A stretch of DNA of 60,413 bases, counting the filler. It is 6 parts of 6 records of this genome, joined end to end, with 100 filler letters (N's around TTAATTAATTAA, not from the genome) between each part and the next. Parts side by side here need not be neighbours in the genome. Positions count along the whole stretch, not along the records: positions 20,839 to 28,637 come from SRR20825006_3042; positions 28,738 to 34,467 come from SRR20825006_3043; 4 more parts are not named here. One strand, given 5' to 3'. Under the pieces are notes generated by a model. That model saw only the letters and a program-made list of their open reading frames with translations. It was not told where the DNA came from and did no database searches. Of the stretch, positions 20,839 to 31,649 are shown piece by piece (positions within the stretch are counted from its first letter, which is position 1; each line of letters starts with the position of its first letter). A program made the position numbers and the translations under genes.

Positions 20839-21443
20839 CCTTCTAGCAGTGCTAACAAGCGAGCGGTGACGGCATTAATTTCCATAAATCGCACCGCGTC
20901 GCTGCGGTCCCGGTACACCACCAAATATGTCATGTCTCCCGGCGGGTGGAGAGGTTGATAGGCCTTGGAAATACGATGCACCGGGTATGGGTAACTCAAG
21001 CTCCAGGCGAGGGGCGACTTCCGCAAACAGGTATCGACCAAGGGCGTAGACACAGACAGTTTCGCCGGCAGCGTGGCCGTATCTGTATCGAGAGCAAGTT
21101 CCACCCACTCATAGTGCGCCAGCGCCCGTAAAAATGGCGGATCATCGGGGTGGTCGCGCGCACCGCTAAGGTAGTGAAGAAACTCCTCAGCAATTTGCAA
21201 AAAATACGGGCTCTGGCAGTGATGGATTTTCATAAAGTCCCGCACCATGGCGTGCCACTGATCATCGGGAAAAATACTGCGACAAACCGGAAAGCCACCG
21301 CTGATGAAGCCCTCTATGTTCTTGTAGAACAAGTCTCGATACACGGCCAGGCGACGAGGCTCGATGCCCTGAGGCGCTGGGCAAGACTCCGGATCGCGCA
21401 AATAGGCGGTTAAGGCCTGCTGCTGTTGCTGAAAGGGGTCCAT
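20839..21443 (-). CDS. DUF2063 family MNIO partner protein (HvfC/BufC-like; 3' truncated)
   Basis: Motifs RRLAVYRDLFYKN, HHCQSPYF and LAHYEWVEL; coupled to the DUF692 gene. Confidence 0.85.
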
Positions 21444-22309
21444 TACTGCCCTACCTCCCCTGTCGCCTGCACATCGCGAATTCGCGATACCTCATCGAGC
21501 AACTCGGCCATTGGTGGAAAGTTAAAATCTCGCTCCAACAATGTCGGCAAAGACCCGCAATGCCCATAGCACTCGCCAAGCAGCTGCCACACGGACTCGA
21601 TAACGGGCGCACCATGCGTATCCACTTTGAGGTCATCAGCCTCGTCAAAATGACCGGCGATGTGCATATAAGCGGCGCGCTCCAGCGGTAGCTCGCGCAG
21701 GAATTGCCGGGCATCGTAGCCGTGGTTCACACTGTTAACGTAAACATTATTCACATCTAACAATAGGCCACAATCGGCCTCTTCCAGCACGCCAGTAATG
21801 AACTGCGATTCGGTCATCTGGCTATCAAGCGCGGCGTAGTAGGAGGCATTTTCCAGTAAAATTTTTCGACCGAGACGCCGCTGCACCTCAATTACGCGCT
21901 CGGCAACATGCGCAACCGCCTCATCGGTAAAGGGGATCGGCATCAGGTCATAGAGGTGGCCGCTATCGCCGCAGTAGGTAAGGTGCTCGCTGTAGAGGCG
22001 ACAATCGAAGCGGTCGATGAATGCCGCGATATCGTCGATCAACGCGTAGTCGAGCGGCGCAAAGCCACCAATGTTTAAGCTCAGACCATGCAGGGTGACC
22101 GGGAATTTTTCAGCCAGCGCTTCAAATGCCTTGCCAAACCGTCCGCCGAGGTCAATCCAGTTTTCGGGGGCGACCTCGAAGAAGTCGATATCGCCGGGCT
22201 GCAACTCGCTGAAGGCATCGAGCATGCCGCGTCGCAAGCCCAGTCCCACGGCATCTGCCGCTAAGCCCGGTTGAATTGCTGACTGTTGCTGAACGTGATG
22301 TTGAGGCAA
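21443..22309 (-). CDS. DUF692 multinuclear non-heme iron oxidative enzyme (MNIO, HvfB/BufB-like)
   Basis: Motifs GLGLRR, EVAPENW, HGLSL, SEHL, LLEN, LLDVNN, HIAGH, DTHG and LERD. TTG start with GAGGAG RBS. Confidence 0.93.
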   Translation of the reverse strand: MPQHHVQQQSAIQPGLAADAVGLGLRRGMLDAFSELQPGDIDFFEVAPENWIDLGGRFGKAFEALAEKFPVTLHGLSLNIGGFAPLDYALIDDIAAFIDRFDCRLYSEHLTYCGDSGHLYDLMPIPFTDEAVAHVAERVIEVQRRLGRKILLENASYYAALDSQMTESQFITGVLEEADCGLLLDVNNVYVNSVNHGYDARQFLRELPLERAAYMHIAGHFDEADDLKVDTHGAPVIESVWQLLGECYGHCGSLPTLLERDFNFPPMAELLDEVSRIRDVQATGEVGQ

Positions 22310-22354
22310 GGCCCTCTCCTCTTCGCCCGTTATTGTTGTGTTAGGACGTATGAC

Positions 22355-25300
22355 TCAGCGAATTGTTACATCGTTCTTTAACGCTTGCCAAAGCTGCTTT
22401 AGGCGTTTCTCCGATACGGTTTGCGCCGTGCCCAAGCGCTGGGCGAACAACGACACGCGAAATTCTTCCAACAGCCAGCGGTATTCTCTGAGCTTTTCTG
22501 ATTTCTGCCACAACTTGGGATCGCGAGCCAGTGCGTTTTCCAGCTGCTCCTGTAGCGGTTCAATGGCAAGTGTCGACTGGCGATCCCGCTGATAGTGGCC
22601 GTCAAGTTTACTGACCCGCTCCTCTATCGCAGCAAGGTATCGCGGGTAGTGGCCAAGCGCCTCGGCAGACACCTGAAAAATAAAGTCGTCGACAAATAGG
22701 CCGTCTAACTGGCGCTGAATATCATTAATACTGTGTATCCAGCTCAAGCTGTTTAGCTTCTTCAGCTGCTTTCGGATTCGCGCCTGCGACGCGAGAATAT
22801 CGCCTAGCAACGCTGCAACCTCTTCGGCACAAGGCACAAATTCCGCACGACCCGACTCCCAAAGGGCATCAAAGGCCTGTTGATCGCGCGGCAGATTATC
22901 CGTAGTAACTGCAAAAGCTCGACGCGCTGCCACCAATAGACAGGCCTCTATCCACGCTTTGCGTTGTTGTCCGCAGGCGGCGAACTGTAGCTGTTGGGCA
23001 TTCCCCTTAAACAACTTAGCGCGCAGACTCTTGCACTGGGCCGGCAAACGCAGAAGTAACAGCCGCAAACAGCCGCGCAAGGACTTGTTCTGCGCCTCCT
23101 CCAGCGTTTCGGCCAAGCTGAGCTCCACATCCTGCCCCGAATCCGTCAAGCAGGGAAACGCAGTCAAGGTCGCGCCCGCCTGTTTGAAGCGATGCTCGAC
23201 AGGCAGTTCGCCAAACTCCCATTGTTGATAGCGGCGCACCTCAAAACCACCCTGGCTCTCTTCAGCGATACTTTTTTGCACCTCTGAAGCAAGCTGCGCC
23301 CTCAATGCAACAATATCCCGCCCCGACGCCAGCCGCTTGCCGCCGTCGTCGAGTACCACCACATTCATTTTGTAGTAGTCATCTATGGTCGCCGATGACC
23401 ATGCTGCTAAATCAATATTGGCGTCGCTAAGCTGCTCCAGCCGGGCAGCTAATGCCGGTAGTAGAGGCTCGTCACTCGGCGTTAGCCGGGCCAATGCCCG
23501 ATCTACGTAGTCAGGAACCGGCACCAATTGCTTGCGCTGGGCCTTTGGCAACGCCTTAACCAAGGCGATACATTTTTCTCGCAATAACCCTGGCACAAGC
23601 CATTCGAAGCGCCCCTCCGGCAGCTTGTGCAACAATACTAGCGGAACGGAAACACTGACGCCGTCATCGCGATGCCCCGGCTCAAAGTGGTAAGACAAGG
23701 CCAGCTGTTTACCCCCACAACTCAACTGGGTGGGAAATTGCGCCTCGTCAACACCACCCTCGCTGCGCATCATCTGCGAGCGAGCCATCTTAAGAGTGGC
23801 ATCCGCCGATGATTTTTTCAGCCAGGACTCCAGTTGCCTGGCGGTCGTTATGCCCTCGGGCAGGCGCTCATCATAGAACGCATAGATCTCCTCATCTGAG
23901 ATCAAAATATCACGCCGGCGCGCCTTGTCTTCCAAGTCGAGTATCTCGCGACGCAAGGCCTGGTTGTGGGCAAAAAATGCCGCCGCACCTCGGTAACGCC
24001 CCTCAACCAAGCCCTGGCGGATAAAGACCTCCCTGGCCAGCTTGGCGTCAATAGGGCCAAAGTGAATGCGATGACGGTCGCGCAGGGTCAAGCCGAAAAG
24101 CAGGGTTTGTTCATAGGCCATTACCCGCCCGCTACGGGCGTGGAAATGCGGTTCGGCGTAATTGCGCTTCAACAAACTGTCGTTGATACCAAACACCCAC
24201 TCGGGCTCGATCTTTGCCACACAGCGAGCAAAGAGCTGACTGGTCTCTGCCAGTTCAGCGGCAACAATCCACTTGGGTGTTTTCTTTCGCAGCGACGACC
24301 CCGGAAAAATCATCAGTTTACGATTGCGCGCGCCGAGGTATTCCCTGCCTTCGTCATGGTTCGCAATTTGACTGAGAAAGCCCGGCAACAGTGCCCGATG
24401 AATGTTTTGGTAATCGGCTGGCTGCTTATTTTGCTCGAGCTTTAACTGCCGGCACATCAGTAGTAGCTGGTGGTGCACCTCTCGCCATTCACGCATGCGA
24501 GTCCAGCTGAGAAACTCCTTCTTACACAGTTTGCGCCATTGATTCGCACTGAGTTGTTGGCGCTGCTCCTCCGCGTATTCCCACAGTGCTACAAAGGCGA
24601 GGAAATCCGACCCCTCCTGCCAAAAGCGCCGGTGCTTTTCGTCCGCGGCCTGCTGTTTGTCCGCCGGGCGGTCGCGTGGGTCCTGAATACTCAAGGCACT
24701 GGCAATCACCAGCATTTCACGCAGGCACTGCTGTTCTGCCCCGGCGATAATCAGCCGAGCTATACGCGGATCTACCGGAAAACGCGCCAGCATCTTGCCC
24801 TGTGCCGTCATCCGCTCCCCGTCGACGACCCCGAGCTCCCTCAGCAAGGCAAAGCCATCGCGAATTAAGCGGTTATCCGGCGCGTCGACAAAGGGAAACT
24901 TGCGGATATCACCCAGACCCAACTGCAACATCTGGAGGATAACGGCCGCCAGGTTAGTACGTTGAATCTCCGGCTCGGTAAACAGCGGGCGGCGCTCAAA
25001 GTCTTCCTTGCTGTACAGACGATAAGCGATGCCTTCTGCCACGCGCCCGCAGCGCCCCGCGCGCTGATTTGCACTGGCTTGAGACACTGGTTCAATGGGC
25101 AGGCGTTGTACCTTACTGCGAACGCTGTAGCGACTCACGCGCGCCGTACCTGCGTCGATCACATAGCGAATGCCTGGCACCGTCAGCGAGGTTTCTGCCA
25201 CGTTTGTCGCCAACACCACGCGCCAGCCACGCCGCCCTTTAAGGTCGAAAATGCGCTGTTGTTCCGCCGCGCTCAGCCGCGCATACAGCGGCAACACCTC

Positions 25301-26251
25301 CGCACCCGGCAGTTGCGCTTGACGCAATTGTTTGGCGACGTCCCGTATCTCCCGTTCTCCACTCAAAAAAACCAGAGTATCGCCATGGCGTTGCGCGCCC
25401 TCGGCGATCATCTCCCGCAATACCTGTTCTACCCCTTCTCCCAGGTCTTGCTCTGCGCTGATGTCCTCCAAAGGGCGATAGCGAAATTCAACCGGGTAGC
25501 TGCGACCGGACACCTCGACGACGGGGGCATTGTCGAAGTGGCGAGAAAAGCGCTCCACATCAATGGTTGCAGAGGTAATAATCAGTTTGAGCTCTGGGCG
25601 CTTAGGCAACAGGGTTTTCAGGTAACCCAGCAAAAAATCGATATTGAGGCTGCGTTCATGGGCCTCATCGATGATGATCGTGTCGTAATCGCTCAAATAA
25701 CGGTCGTTGGCGATTGCAGCGAGCAGGATCCCGTCGGTCATCAGCTTTATGTAGGTGTTCGGGGTGCTTTGCTCCTGAAAACGCACCTGATAACCCACGG
25801 CACCACCCAACGGCGTATTCAATTCATCTGCAATTCGCTGAGCCACCGTGCGCGCCGCAAGACGACGAGGTTGGGTGTGGGCGATCTGCCCATTGACCCC
25901 GCGGCCCATTTCCAGACACAACTTCGGCAGCTGCGTGGTTTTACCCGAACCCGTCTCGCCGGCTATCACCACAACCTGGTGTTTATCGATTGCTGCTCGA
26001 ATATCGTCAATGCGCTGACTGACCGGCAATCCCTCGGGGAAGCTCACTGCCGGTACGGCGCGCTGCCGGAAGAGCAGCCGCTCAGCGGAGGCATTGATGC
26101 TCTCCTCAAGTTTGACATAGGCGTCGCCGACAGCTTGACCGTCTCGCTCTCGACGCTGCAGTTGTTGCAAACGACGTCGCAATCGATAGTGATCGGGGCG
26201 GTAGCTGTCGCCGAGCTTGTCAGCGAGGAGATTCCAATTATGGCCGGACAT
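22355..26251 (-). CDS. hrpA: ATP-dependent RNA helicase HrpA
   Basis: Motifs GETGSGKTTQ, DEAH, SAT and QRAGRCGR; C-terminal EEFRVSLFAQ (DUF3418). Confidence 0.96.
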   Translation of the reverse strand: MSGHNWNLLADKLGDSYRPDHYRLRRRLQQLQRRERDGQAVGDAYVKLEESINASAERLLFRQRAVPAVSFPEGLPVSQRIDDIRAAIDKHQVVVIAGETGSGKTTQLPKLCLEMGRGVNGQIAHTQPRRLAARTVAQRIADELNTPLGGAVGYQVRFQEQSTPNTYIKLMTDGILLAAIANDRYLSDYDTIIIDEAHERSLNIDFLLGYLKTLLPKRPELKLIITSATIDVERFSRHFDNAPVVEVSGRSYPVEFRYRPLEDISAEQDLGEGVEQVLREMIAEGAQRHGDTLVFLSGEREIRDVAKQLRQAQLPGAEVLPLYARLSAAEQQRIFDLKGRRGWRVVLATNVAETSLTVPGIRYVIDAGTARVSRYSVRSKVQRLPIEPVSQASANQRAGRCGRVAEGIAYRLYSKEDFERRPLFTEPEIQRTNLAAVILQMLQLGLGDIRKFPFVDAPDNRLIRDGFALLRELGVVDGERMTAQGKMLARFPVDPRIARLIIAGAEQQCLREMLVIASALSIQDPRDRPADKQQAADEKHRRFWQEGSDFLAFVALWEYAEEQRQQLSANQWRKLCKKEFLSWTRMREWREVHHQLLLMCRQLKLEQNKQPADYQNIHRALLPGFLSQIANHDEGREYLGARNRKLMIFPGSSLRKKTPKWIVAAELAETSQLFARCVAKIEPEWVFGINDSLLKRNYAEPHFHARSGRVMAYEQTLLFGLTLRDRHRIHFGPIDAKLAREVFIRQGLVEGRYRGAAAFFAHNQALRREILDLEDKARRRDILISDEEIYAFYDERLPEGITTARQLESWLKKSSADATLKMARSQMMRSEGGVDEAQFPTQLSCGGKQLALSYHFEPGHRDDGVSVSVPLVLLHKLPEGRFEWLVPGLLREKCIALVKALPKAQRKQLVPVPDYVDRALARLTPSDEPLLPALAARLEQLSDANIDLAAWSSATIDDYYKMNVVVLDDGGKRLASGRDIVALRAQLASEVQKSIAEESQGGFEVRRYQQWEFGELPVEHRFKQAGATLTAFPCLTDSGQDVELSLAETLEEAQNKSLRGCLRLLLLRLPAQCKSLRAKLFKGNAQQLQFAACGQQRKAWIEACLLVAARRAFAVTTDNLPRDQQAFDALWESGRAEFVPCAEEVAALLGDILASQARIRKQLKKLNSLSWIHSINDIQRQLDGLFVDDFIFQVSAEALGHYPRYLAAIEERVSKLDGHYQRDRQSTLAIEPLQEQLENALARDPKLWQKSEKLREYRWLLEEFRVSLFAQRLGTAQTVSEKRLKQLWQALKNDVTIR

Positions 26252-26271
26252 GAGCGCTAGACTAGGACCTT

Positions 26272-26302
26272 AAAATAAAAAGGGCGCCACATGGGCGCCC
26301 TT
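26272..26302 (-). terminator. Rho-independent terminator after fadD
   Basis: AAGGGCGCC-ACATG-GGCGCCCTT stem with a T-tract on the minus strand. Confidence 0.8.
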
Positions 26303-26321
26303 GCGTTTTCCAGCGTAAAAA

Positions 26322-28022
26322 TCAGCTGGCGCGCTTGGCAAGCTCTTCGTCTCGCAGAGTGCGGCGAAGTACTTTACCAACGTTCGTTTTGGGCAGTTCG
26401 TCACGAACTTCGATATAGCGCGGCATTTTATAGCCGGTAAGACGCTCGCGCAAAAAGTCCTTCAACTCTTTCTCGTCAAGTTCGCCATGCTTGGGCGCAA
26501 CGAAAATCTTAACGGCTTCACCGGATTTTTCATCAGGCACGCCAATCGCCGCACACTCAGCAATATTTGGATGCGAGCTAAGCACATCCTCGATCTCGTT
26601 GGGGTAAACGTTGAAACCCGATACCAAGATCATGTCTTTCTTGCGATCGACAATTTTCAGGTAGCCATCTTCCTTCACCACCGCGACATCGCCAGTCAGC
26701 AGCCAGCCGTCTTTAATGGTCTTCTCAGTTTCGTCCGGGCGCTGCCAGTAACCCATCATGACCTGCGGGCCACGCACGCAAAGTTCGCCGCGCTCGCCGA
26801 TACCCACGTCGTTGCCGTCGTCGTCAACCAAACGCACTTCGGTACCCGGCAGCGGCAGGCCGATGGTACCAATTTGGTTGGCACCACCCGGGTTGATCGA
26901 TACCACTGGTGAGGTTTCGGTCAAACCGTAACCCTCGTAGATCTCCGCGCCGGTCATTTCCTTCCAGGTTTTCGCGGCACCGGCAGTCAGCGCCATCCCG
27001 CCAGACAGGGTGACCTTGAGGCCGGAGAAGTCCAAGCTGGCAAATTCCGGGTGTTTACAAAGCTGAACAAACAGCGTGTTGATACCGCTCATTCCCGTCC
27101 ATTTCCAGCGTTTCATCTCTTTAATAACGCTGTCCAGCTCACGCGGATTGGGAATCAAAATTGAGTGGTTACCCTGCATCATGACAACAAACGTCAGCAT
27201 GAAGGAGTAGATGTGGTACAGCGGCAGCGGCGCGATAAAGGTTTCGCCGCCACTCACCAAGCCATAACTGGAGAAGTTCTCTCGGCTCTGCAATACGTTA
27301 GCCATCAGGTTTCTGTGGCTAATCATTGCGCCTTTAGATACCCCGGTGGTACCGCCGGTATATTGCAGCAGCGCCAATGCTTCCAGGTCCGGCGCAGCCT
27401 TTTGATATTGCTTGCTACTGCCTTTGGCCAGGGCTTTACGGAAGCTAATGGAGTTCTTGAATTTAACCGAGGGGACTTCTTTGCGTACATACTTAAGTAC
27501 GCTGTTAATCAACGTCCGCTTCACTGGTGGATGAAGGTCGGCCACTTCAGTAACGATAACTGTACCCACGCCAGTATCACCAACTACTGCGGCCGCTGTT
27601 TCGGCAATGTTTGCCAATACTACGATGGCCTTTGCACCGGAGTCGTTCAATTGGTGCTTGAGTTCGCGCTCGCTGTAAAGGGGATTGGTATTCACCACGA
27701 TCATGCCGGCACGCAGCGCACCGAACAGTACAACCGGGTACTGCAAAATATTAGGCATTTGAATCGCAATGCGATCGCCTGCTTGCAAACCGCTGTGCTC
27801 TTGCAGGTAACAGGCAAACTGCGCAGACAAGCGATCGAGATCTGCGTAGCTTAATGTGTGCCCCAAGCAGCTGACAGCCGGGTTCGCCGCGTATTGATTG
27901 ACGCAGTGGTCAAACATACCGACCAAATTCGGGAACTCTTGCAGATCGACGTCATTGGATAGGCCAATGCGTGATCTCGCCGCGTTAATCGTTTCTGCAA
28001 TTTGCTGTTGCTGCTCAGACAA
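26322..28022 (-). CDS. fadD: Long-chain fatty acid-CoA ligase
   Basis: Motifs LQYTGGTTGVSKG, EGYGLTETSP, TGD, DRKKDMILVSGFNVYP and PKTNVGK. Confidence 0.92.
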   Translation of the reverse strand: MSEQQQQIAETINAARSRIGLSNDVDLQEFPNLVGMFDHCVNQYAANPAVSCLGHTLSYADLDRLSAQFACYLQEHSGLQAGDRIAIQMPNILQYPVVLFGALRAGMIVVNTNPLYSERELKHQLNDSGAKAIVVLANIAETAAAVVGDTGVGTVIVTEVADLHPPVKRTLINSVLKYVRKEVPSVKFKNSISFRKALAKGSSKQYQKAAPDLEALALLQYTGGTTGVSKGAMISHRNLMANVLQSRENFSSYGLVSGGETFIAPLPLYHIYSFMLTFVVMMQGNHSILIPNPRELDSVIKEMKRWKWTGMSGINTLFVQLCKHPEFASLDFSGLKVTLSGGMALTAGAAKTWKEMTGAEIYEGYGLTETSPVVSINPGGANQIGTIGLPLPGTEVRLVDDDGNDVGIGERGELCVRGPQVMMGYWQRPDETEKTIKDGWLLTGDVAVVKEDGYLKIVDRKKDMILVSGFNVYPNEIEDVLSSHPNIAECAAIGVPDEKSGEAVKIFVAPKHGELDEKELKDFLRERLTGYKMPRYIEVRDELPKTNVGKVLRRTLRDEELAKRAS

Positions 28023-28114
28023 GGTCGCCCCCTAGCTATATTTTTGTTATCGACGTGCCTCCCCATGCCGGTTGGCACAAGGGCTCGGACGCCTATTCAA
28101 GTGAATTTGGCAAG

Positions 28115-28609
28115 CTAACCAGATTTGTGTTCACTGTCAACACCAGTCGACTCGCCAGCCGCAAACTGATCCGGGTCCACAAACATCAGGCGAAAGCGCA
28201 AATTTCCCGCCTGGCGCTGGTCTACACCCAGTACCAGCGCATTCATCTGCCCTTTTGTTTCACTGATGACAGGCACAAAAATAACATGTTCTTGCCCCTC
28301 TTGATCACTCATCACCCTGGGAGCATTGCCTGTTTTTAGAAAGCGGGCGTAGCTATCCACGAGCATGATCAATTGATTGCGAAATGCACTAAAGTTTAAC
28401 TGTCCGCGGAACTCATCATAGTTCATATCAAGACTGACGCGCAGGACCGACCCGTCTTCAAGTTTCACATCGTTCAGCAATACCGCCTTACCCGCCTCCA
28501 AGGCGCGAAAGAAACGCTTTCCGTCGCTGCGCTGCCCGTCAATGATGCACTGTTTAATCAGCGAGGATGCCAATAACATCAGCGCGGGGGTCTCAATATT
28601 TACATTCAT
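28115..28609 (-). CDS. Hypothetical protein
   Basis: Clean 164-aa ORF co-oriented with its neighbours; no family recognised. Confidence 0.75.
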   Translation of the reverse strand: MNVNIETPALMLLASSLIKQCIIDGQRSDGKRFFRALEAGKAVLLNDVKLEDGSVLRVSLDMNYDEFRGQLNFSAFRNQLIMLVDSYARFLKTGNAPRVMSDQEGQEHVIFVPVISETKGQMNALVLGVDQRQAGNLRFRLMFVDPDQFAAGESTGVDSEHKSG

Positions 28610-28637
28610 TGTTGTTATTCCTGATACGTCATTTTCT

Positions 28638-28737
28638 NNNNNNNNNNNNNNNNNNNNNNNNNNNNNNNNNNNNNNNNNNNNTTAATTAATTAANNNNNNN
28701 NNNNNNNNNNNNNNNNNNNNNNNNNNNNNNNNNNNNN
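28638..28737. other. Artificial contig spacer
   Basis: N-run containing TTAATTAATTAA. Confidence 0.98.
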
Positions 28738-30654
28738 GAATCTCATCTCATCAGCCGTTACGTCGGTCTGAGCAAAACGCGTCCACAACTCGGCAAAATC
28801 GGTTCCGGTCGCTGGGAAAAAGCCCGTAAGGCGGCCGAACGTTCGACCCTCGATCTGGCTGCTGAACTCCTGCGGATTCACGCCACCCGTGAAGCCCAGC
28901 CCGGGTTCGCATTTCCGGAGGACAACACGTGGCAGAAGGAATTCGAAGCCTCATTCCCCTACACCGAAACCCGCGATCAACATCGGGCCATCGAAGAATC
29001 GAAGAGCGACATGGAACTCACCCGCCCGATGGATCGATTGATCTGTGGCGATGTGGGCTTTGGCAAAACCGAAGTGGCGATCCGTGCTGCGTTCAAAGCC
29101 GTGCAAGGTGGCAAGCAAGTCGCCGTCCTCGTGCCGACCACGGTGCTCGCACAACAACACCTCAATTCTTTTCGTGAACGCATGGCCGGTTATCCGCTGG
29201 CCATCGAAATGGTCAGCCGTTTCCGCACGCGACAGGAGCAGAAGAAGATCCTCGCCGCCTTGGCGGCCGGACAAGTGGACATCCTGATCGGCACTCACCG
29301 TCTGCTGCAAAAGGATGTGGTCTTCAAAGAACTGGGATTGGTCGTCGTCGATGAGGAACAGCGCTTCGGGGTAAAACACAAGGAGCGCCTCAAGGCCATG
29401 CGCTCGATGATTGATGTGCTCTCGATGAGCGCGACGCCGATTCCCCGCACCCTTTACATGGCACTGACTGGGGCCCGCGATCTCAGTGTGATTGAAACCG
29501 CGCCGACCAATCGCCACCCCATCCAAACCATCGTCAAAACCTACGACGAGAAGATCGTCACCGATGCGATCTCCCACGAAATCCGTCGCGGCGGACAAGT
29601 ATTCTATCTGCACAATCGGGTCATGACGATCGAGGCGGTCGCCGCCCGTTTACGGGAACTCCTTCCCCATGTGACCATCGGCGTTGGCCACGGCCAAATG
29701 GAAGCGGATGAGCTCGAACGCGTGATGACCGATTTCGTCGCGGGAAATCAACAGGTGCTCGTGTGCACGACGATTATTGAGAGCGGTCTCGATATCCCCA
29801 ATTGCAACACGATCATTATCGAGGGTGCGGATCGGTTTGGTCTCTCGCAGCTCTATCAGCTTCGGGGTCGTGTGGGCCGCTTCAAACACCAGGCTTATGC
29901 CTATCTGCTGCTGCACCGTCACACCCGGTTGATGGAGGTCGCGCGACACCGGCTGACCGCGATGCGGCAACATAATCAGTTGGGTGCGGGTTTCCGGATC
30001 GCGATGCGCGATCTGGAATTACGCGGTGCCGGCAATCTCCTCGGTTCCCAGCAGAGCGGGCATATCGTCGGCGTTGGCTTCGAGCTCTACTGCCAGTTAT
30101 TGCGTCAATCCGTAGCCCGGTTGAAGGGTGACAAACAGGCTGCCACCGTCCGCGCTTCCGTTAAAATCGACTTCGTGCACGTAGGCGAAGGCGCTTCCGA
30201 GCAAGGTGCCCGACGCAATCGTTACGAAGACGGCTACACCGTGCTCAAGGATCTTGAGGACGACGCCGCGAAAAAACTCCCCGTCATCCAAGCCCGTATT
30301 CCTACCAACTACCTCAGTGAGACAAGATTACGCATCGATTGCTACCGGCGGCTCGCACTCGCGGATTCCCCGGAAGCGTTGTGCGAGATCACCGAAGATC
30401 TCCGCGACCGGTTCGGAGCGTATGGCCAGGAACTCGAAGCCCTCCTCACCATTACCGAAATTCGGATCCGGGCGGAACAAAAGGGGCTCGTTTCAGTCGA
30501 AACACAGGCTAACCGCCTGAAGTGCTTGAGAAACAGTGGCCGTCGGGATGACTGGGTGCAGATTGGCTCCCGCTTTCCAAGGTTGACCGCCCCCAAGCCA
30601 CTCCTACGGTTGCGCGAGATCATCTCCTTTTTAAACAACCTACCCAATCCATGA
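28738..30654 (+). CDS. mfd: Transcription-repair coupling factor (5' truncated)
   Basis: Frame open from the contig edge (ISRYVG...FPYTET); motifs [33 protein letters not shown] and [12 protein letters not shown]. Confidence 0.96.
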   Translation, partial: ESHLISRYVGLSKTRPQLGKIGSGRWEKARKAAERSTLDLAAELLRIHATREAQPGFAFPEDNTWQKEFEASFPYTETRDQHRAIEESKSDMELTRPMDRLICGDVGFGKTEVAIRAAFKAVQGGKQVAVLVPTTVLAQQHLNSFRERMAGYPLAIEMVSRFRTRQEQKKILAALAAGQVDILIGTHRLLQKDVVFKELGLVVVDEEQRFGVKHKERLKAMRSMIDVLSMSATPIPRTLYMALTGARDLSVIETAPTNRHPIQTIVKTYDEKIVTDAISHEIRRGGQVFYLHNRVMTIEAVAARLRELLPHVTIGVGHGQMEADELERVMTDFVAGNQQVLVCTTIIESGLDIPNCNTIIIEGADRFGLSQLYQLRGRVGRFKHQAYAYLLLHRHTRLMEVARHRLTAMRQHNQLGAGFRIAMRDLELRGAGNLLGSQQSGHIVGVGFELYCQLLRQSVARLKGDKQAATVRASVKIDFVHVGEGASEQGARRNRYEDGYTVLKDLEDDAAKKLPVIQARIPTNYLSETRLRIDCYRRLALADSPEALCEITEDLRDRFGAYGQELEALLTITEIRIRAEQKGLVSVETQANRLKCLRNSGRRDDWVQIGSRFPRLTAPKPLLRLREIISFLNNLPNP

Positions 30655-31649
30655 CGTTTCGTCGTTGCGCCACCTTCGCACTCGCCCTCCTCGGATTTTC
30701 CTCCACCGGATTCTCCCAAACCACCGATAGCCCGGACGACGGACTCAACATGCGCTTCGCCAATGGCATCGCCGCTGTGGTCGAAAACAAAGTCATCACG
30801 GTTGATGATATCCGTCGGGAAATCGCACCCATGTTGCCCCAATTGCAACGCGAAGCCCGCAACGAGGAAGATTTCAACAAGCGTCTGGAAGGGATGCAGG
30901 ATAGCATCATTCAGGAGCTGATTGATCGCGTGCTCATCATCAAAGAATTCCGCAAGGACGAGAAAAAGCAGATTCCTCCCGGCTTCATTGATAGCCGCAT
31001 TTCGGATATTCAGGCCGAGCAATTCGACAATGATCGCTCCAAGTTCCTCGCTTATCTGCGTAGCCGCGGCACCACGTTGCGTGATTACCGCACCGAAGTC
31101 GAAGACGACATCATCTACTCCTATATGCGCCAACAACAGCGCAAGTCACAAAGCATCGTCAGCCCGGTGCGCATTGAGACCTATTACGAAGAAAATAAAG
31201 AGCGCTTCCATCAGGAAGACAGTGTTCATCTGCGCCTCATTCAACTGAACCAATCTGCAGATGAATCGGAAGCGCAGCTCCTCACACGGGCAATGGAAGT
31301 CACCGGCCGATTCCAACGCGGGGAATCATTTGCCGATCTCGCCAAGGAATACAGCCAGGATTCCCGCCGCAGCAAAGGTGGTGACTGGGGATGGCAGAAG
31401 CGTTCCGACCTGAAAAAGGAATTCAGCACCCCCTTGTTTAATCTTGATAAGGGAGAAGTGACCGCTCCGGTCGTCACCCCTGAAGGGTGTTTCATTCTCT
31501 ACGCCGAGGATCGCAAATACGCTGGCATTCAACCGATCGACGAAGTGCGCGATACCATCGAACGCATTCTGATCCAACAGATGGGTCGCGTCAGTGAAGA
31601 ACGTTGGCTCGAACGTCTCCGTCGCAACGGCTACGTGAAGCACTACTGA
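30651..31649 (+). CDS. SurA-like PpiC peptidyl-prolyl isomerase/chaperone
   Basis: Signal peptide, [11 protein letters not shown], and [11 protein letters not shown]...GGDWGW; overlaps the mfd stop. Confidence 0.88.
   Translation: MTFRRCATFALALLGFSSTGFSQTTDSPDDGLNMRFANGIAAVVENKVITVDDIRREIAPMLPQLQREARNEEDFNKRLEGMQDSIIQELIDRVLIIKEFRKDEKKQIPPGFIDSRISDIQAEQFDNDRSKFLAYLRSRGTTLRDYRTEVEDDIIYSYMRQQQRKSQSIVSPVRIETYYEENKERFHQEDSVHLRLIQLNQSADESEAQLLTRAMEVTGRFQRGESFADLAKEYSQDSRRSKGGDWGWQKRSDLKKEFSTPLFNLDKGEVTAPVVTPEGCFILYAEDRKYAGIQPIDEVRDTIERILIQQMGRVSEERWLERLRRNGYVKHY

Noticed and set aside
20580-21443. Apparent linkage of the nor cluster with the DUF692 pair (Cu/NO stress theme)
   Set aside because: They are separated by a contig spacer and appear to come from different organisms.
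22399-22605. 68-aa Cys-containing ORF upstream of DUF692 as the RiPP precursor
   Set aside because: It lies in an alternative frame inside hrpA and has no signal peptide or repeated Cys motif.
28738-29010. Possible mfd frameshift because the ORF track starts at 29011
   Set aside because: Manual translation is open and in frame from the contig edge; the gene is only 5' truncated.
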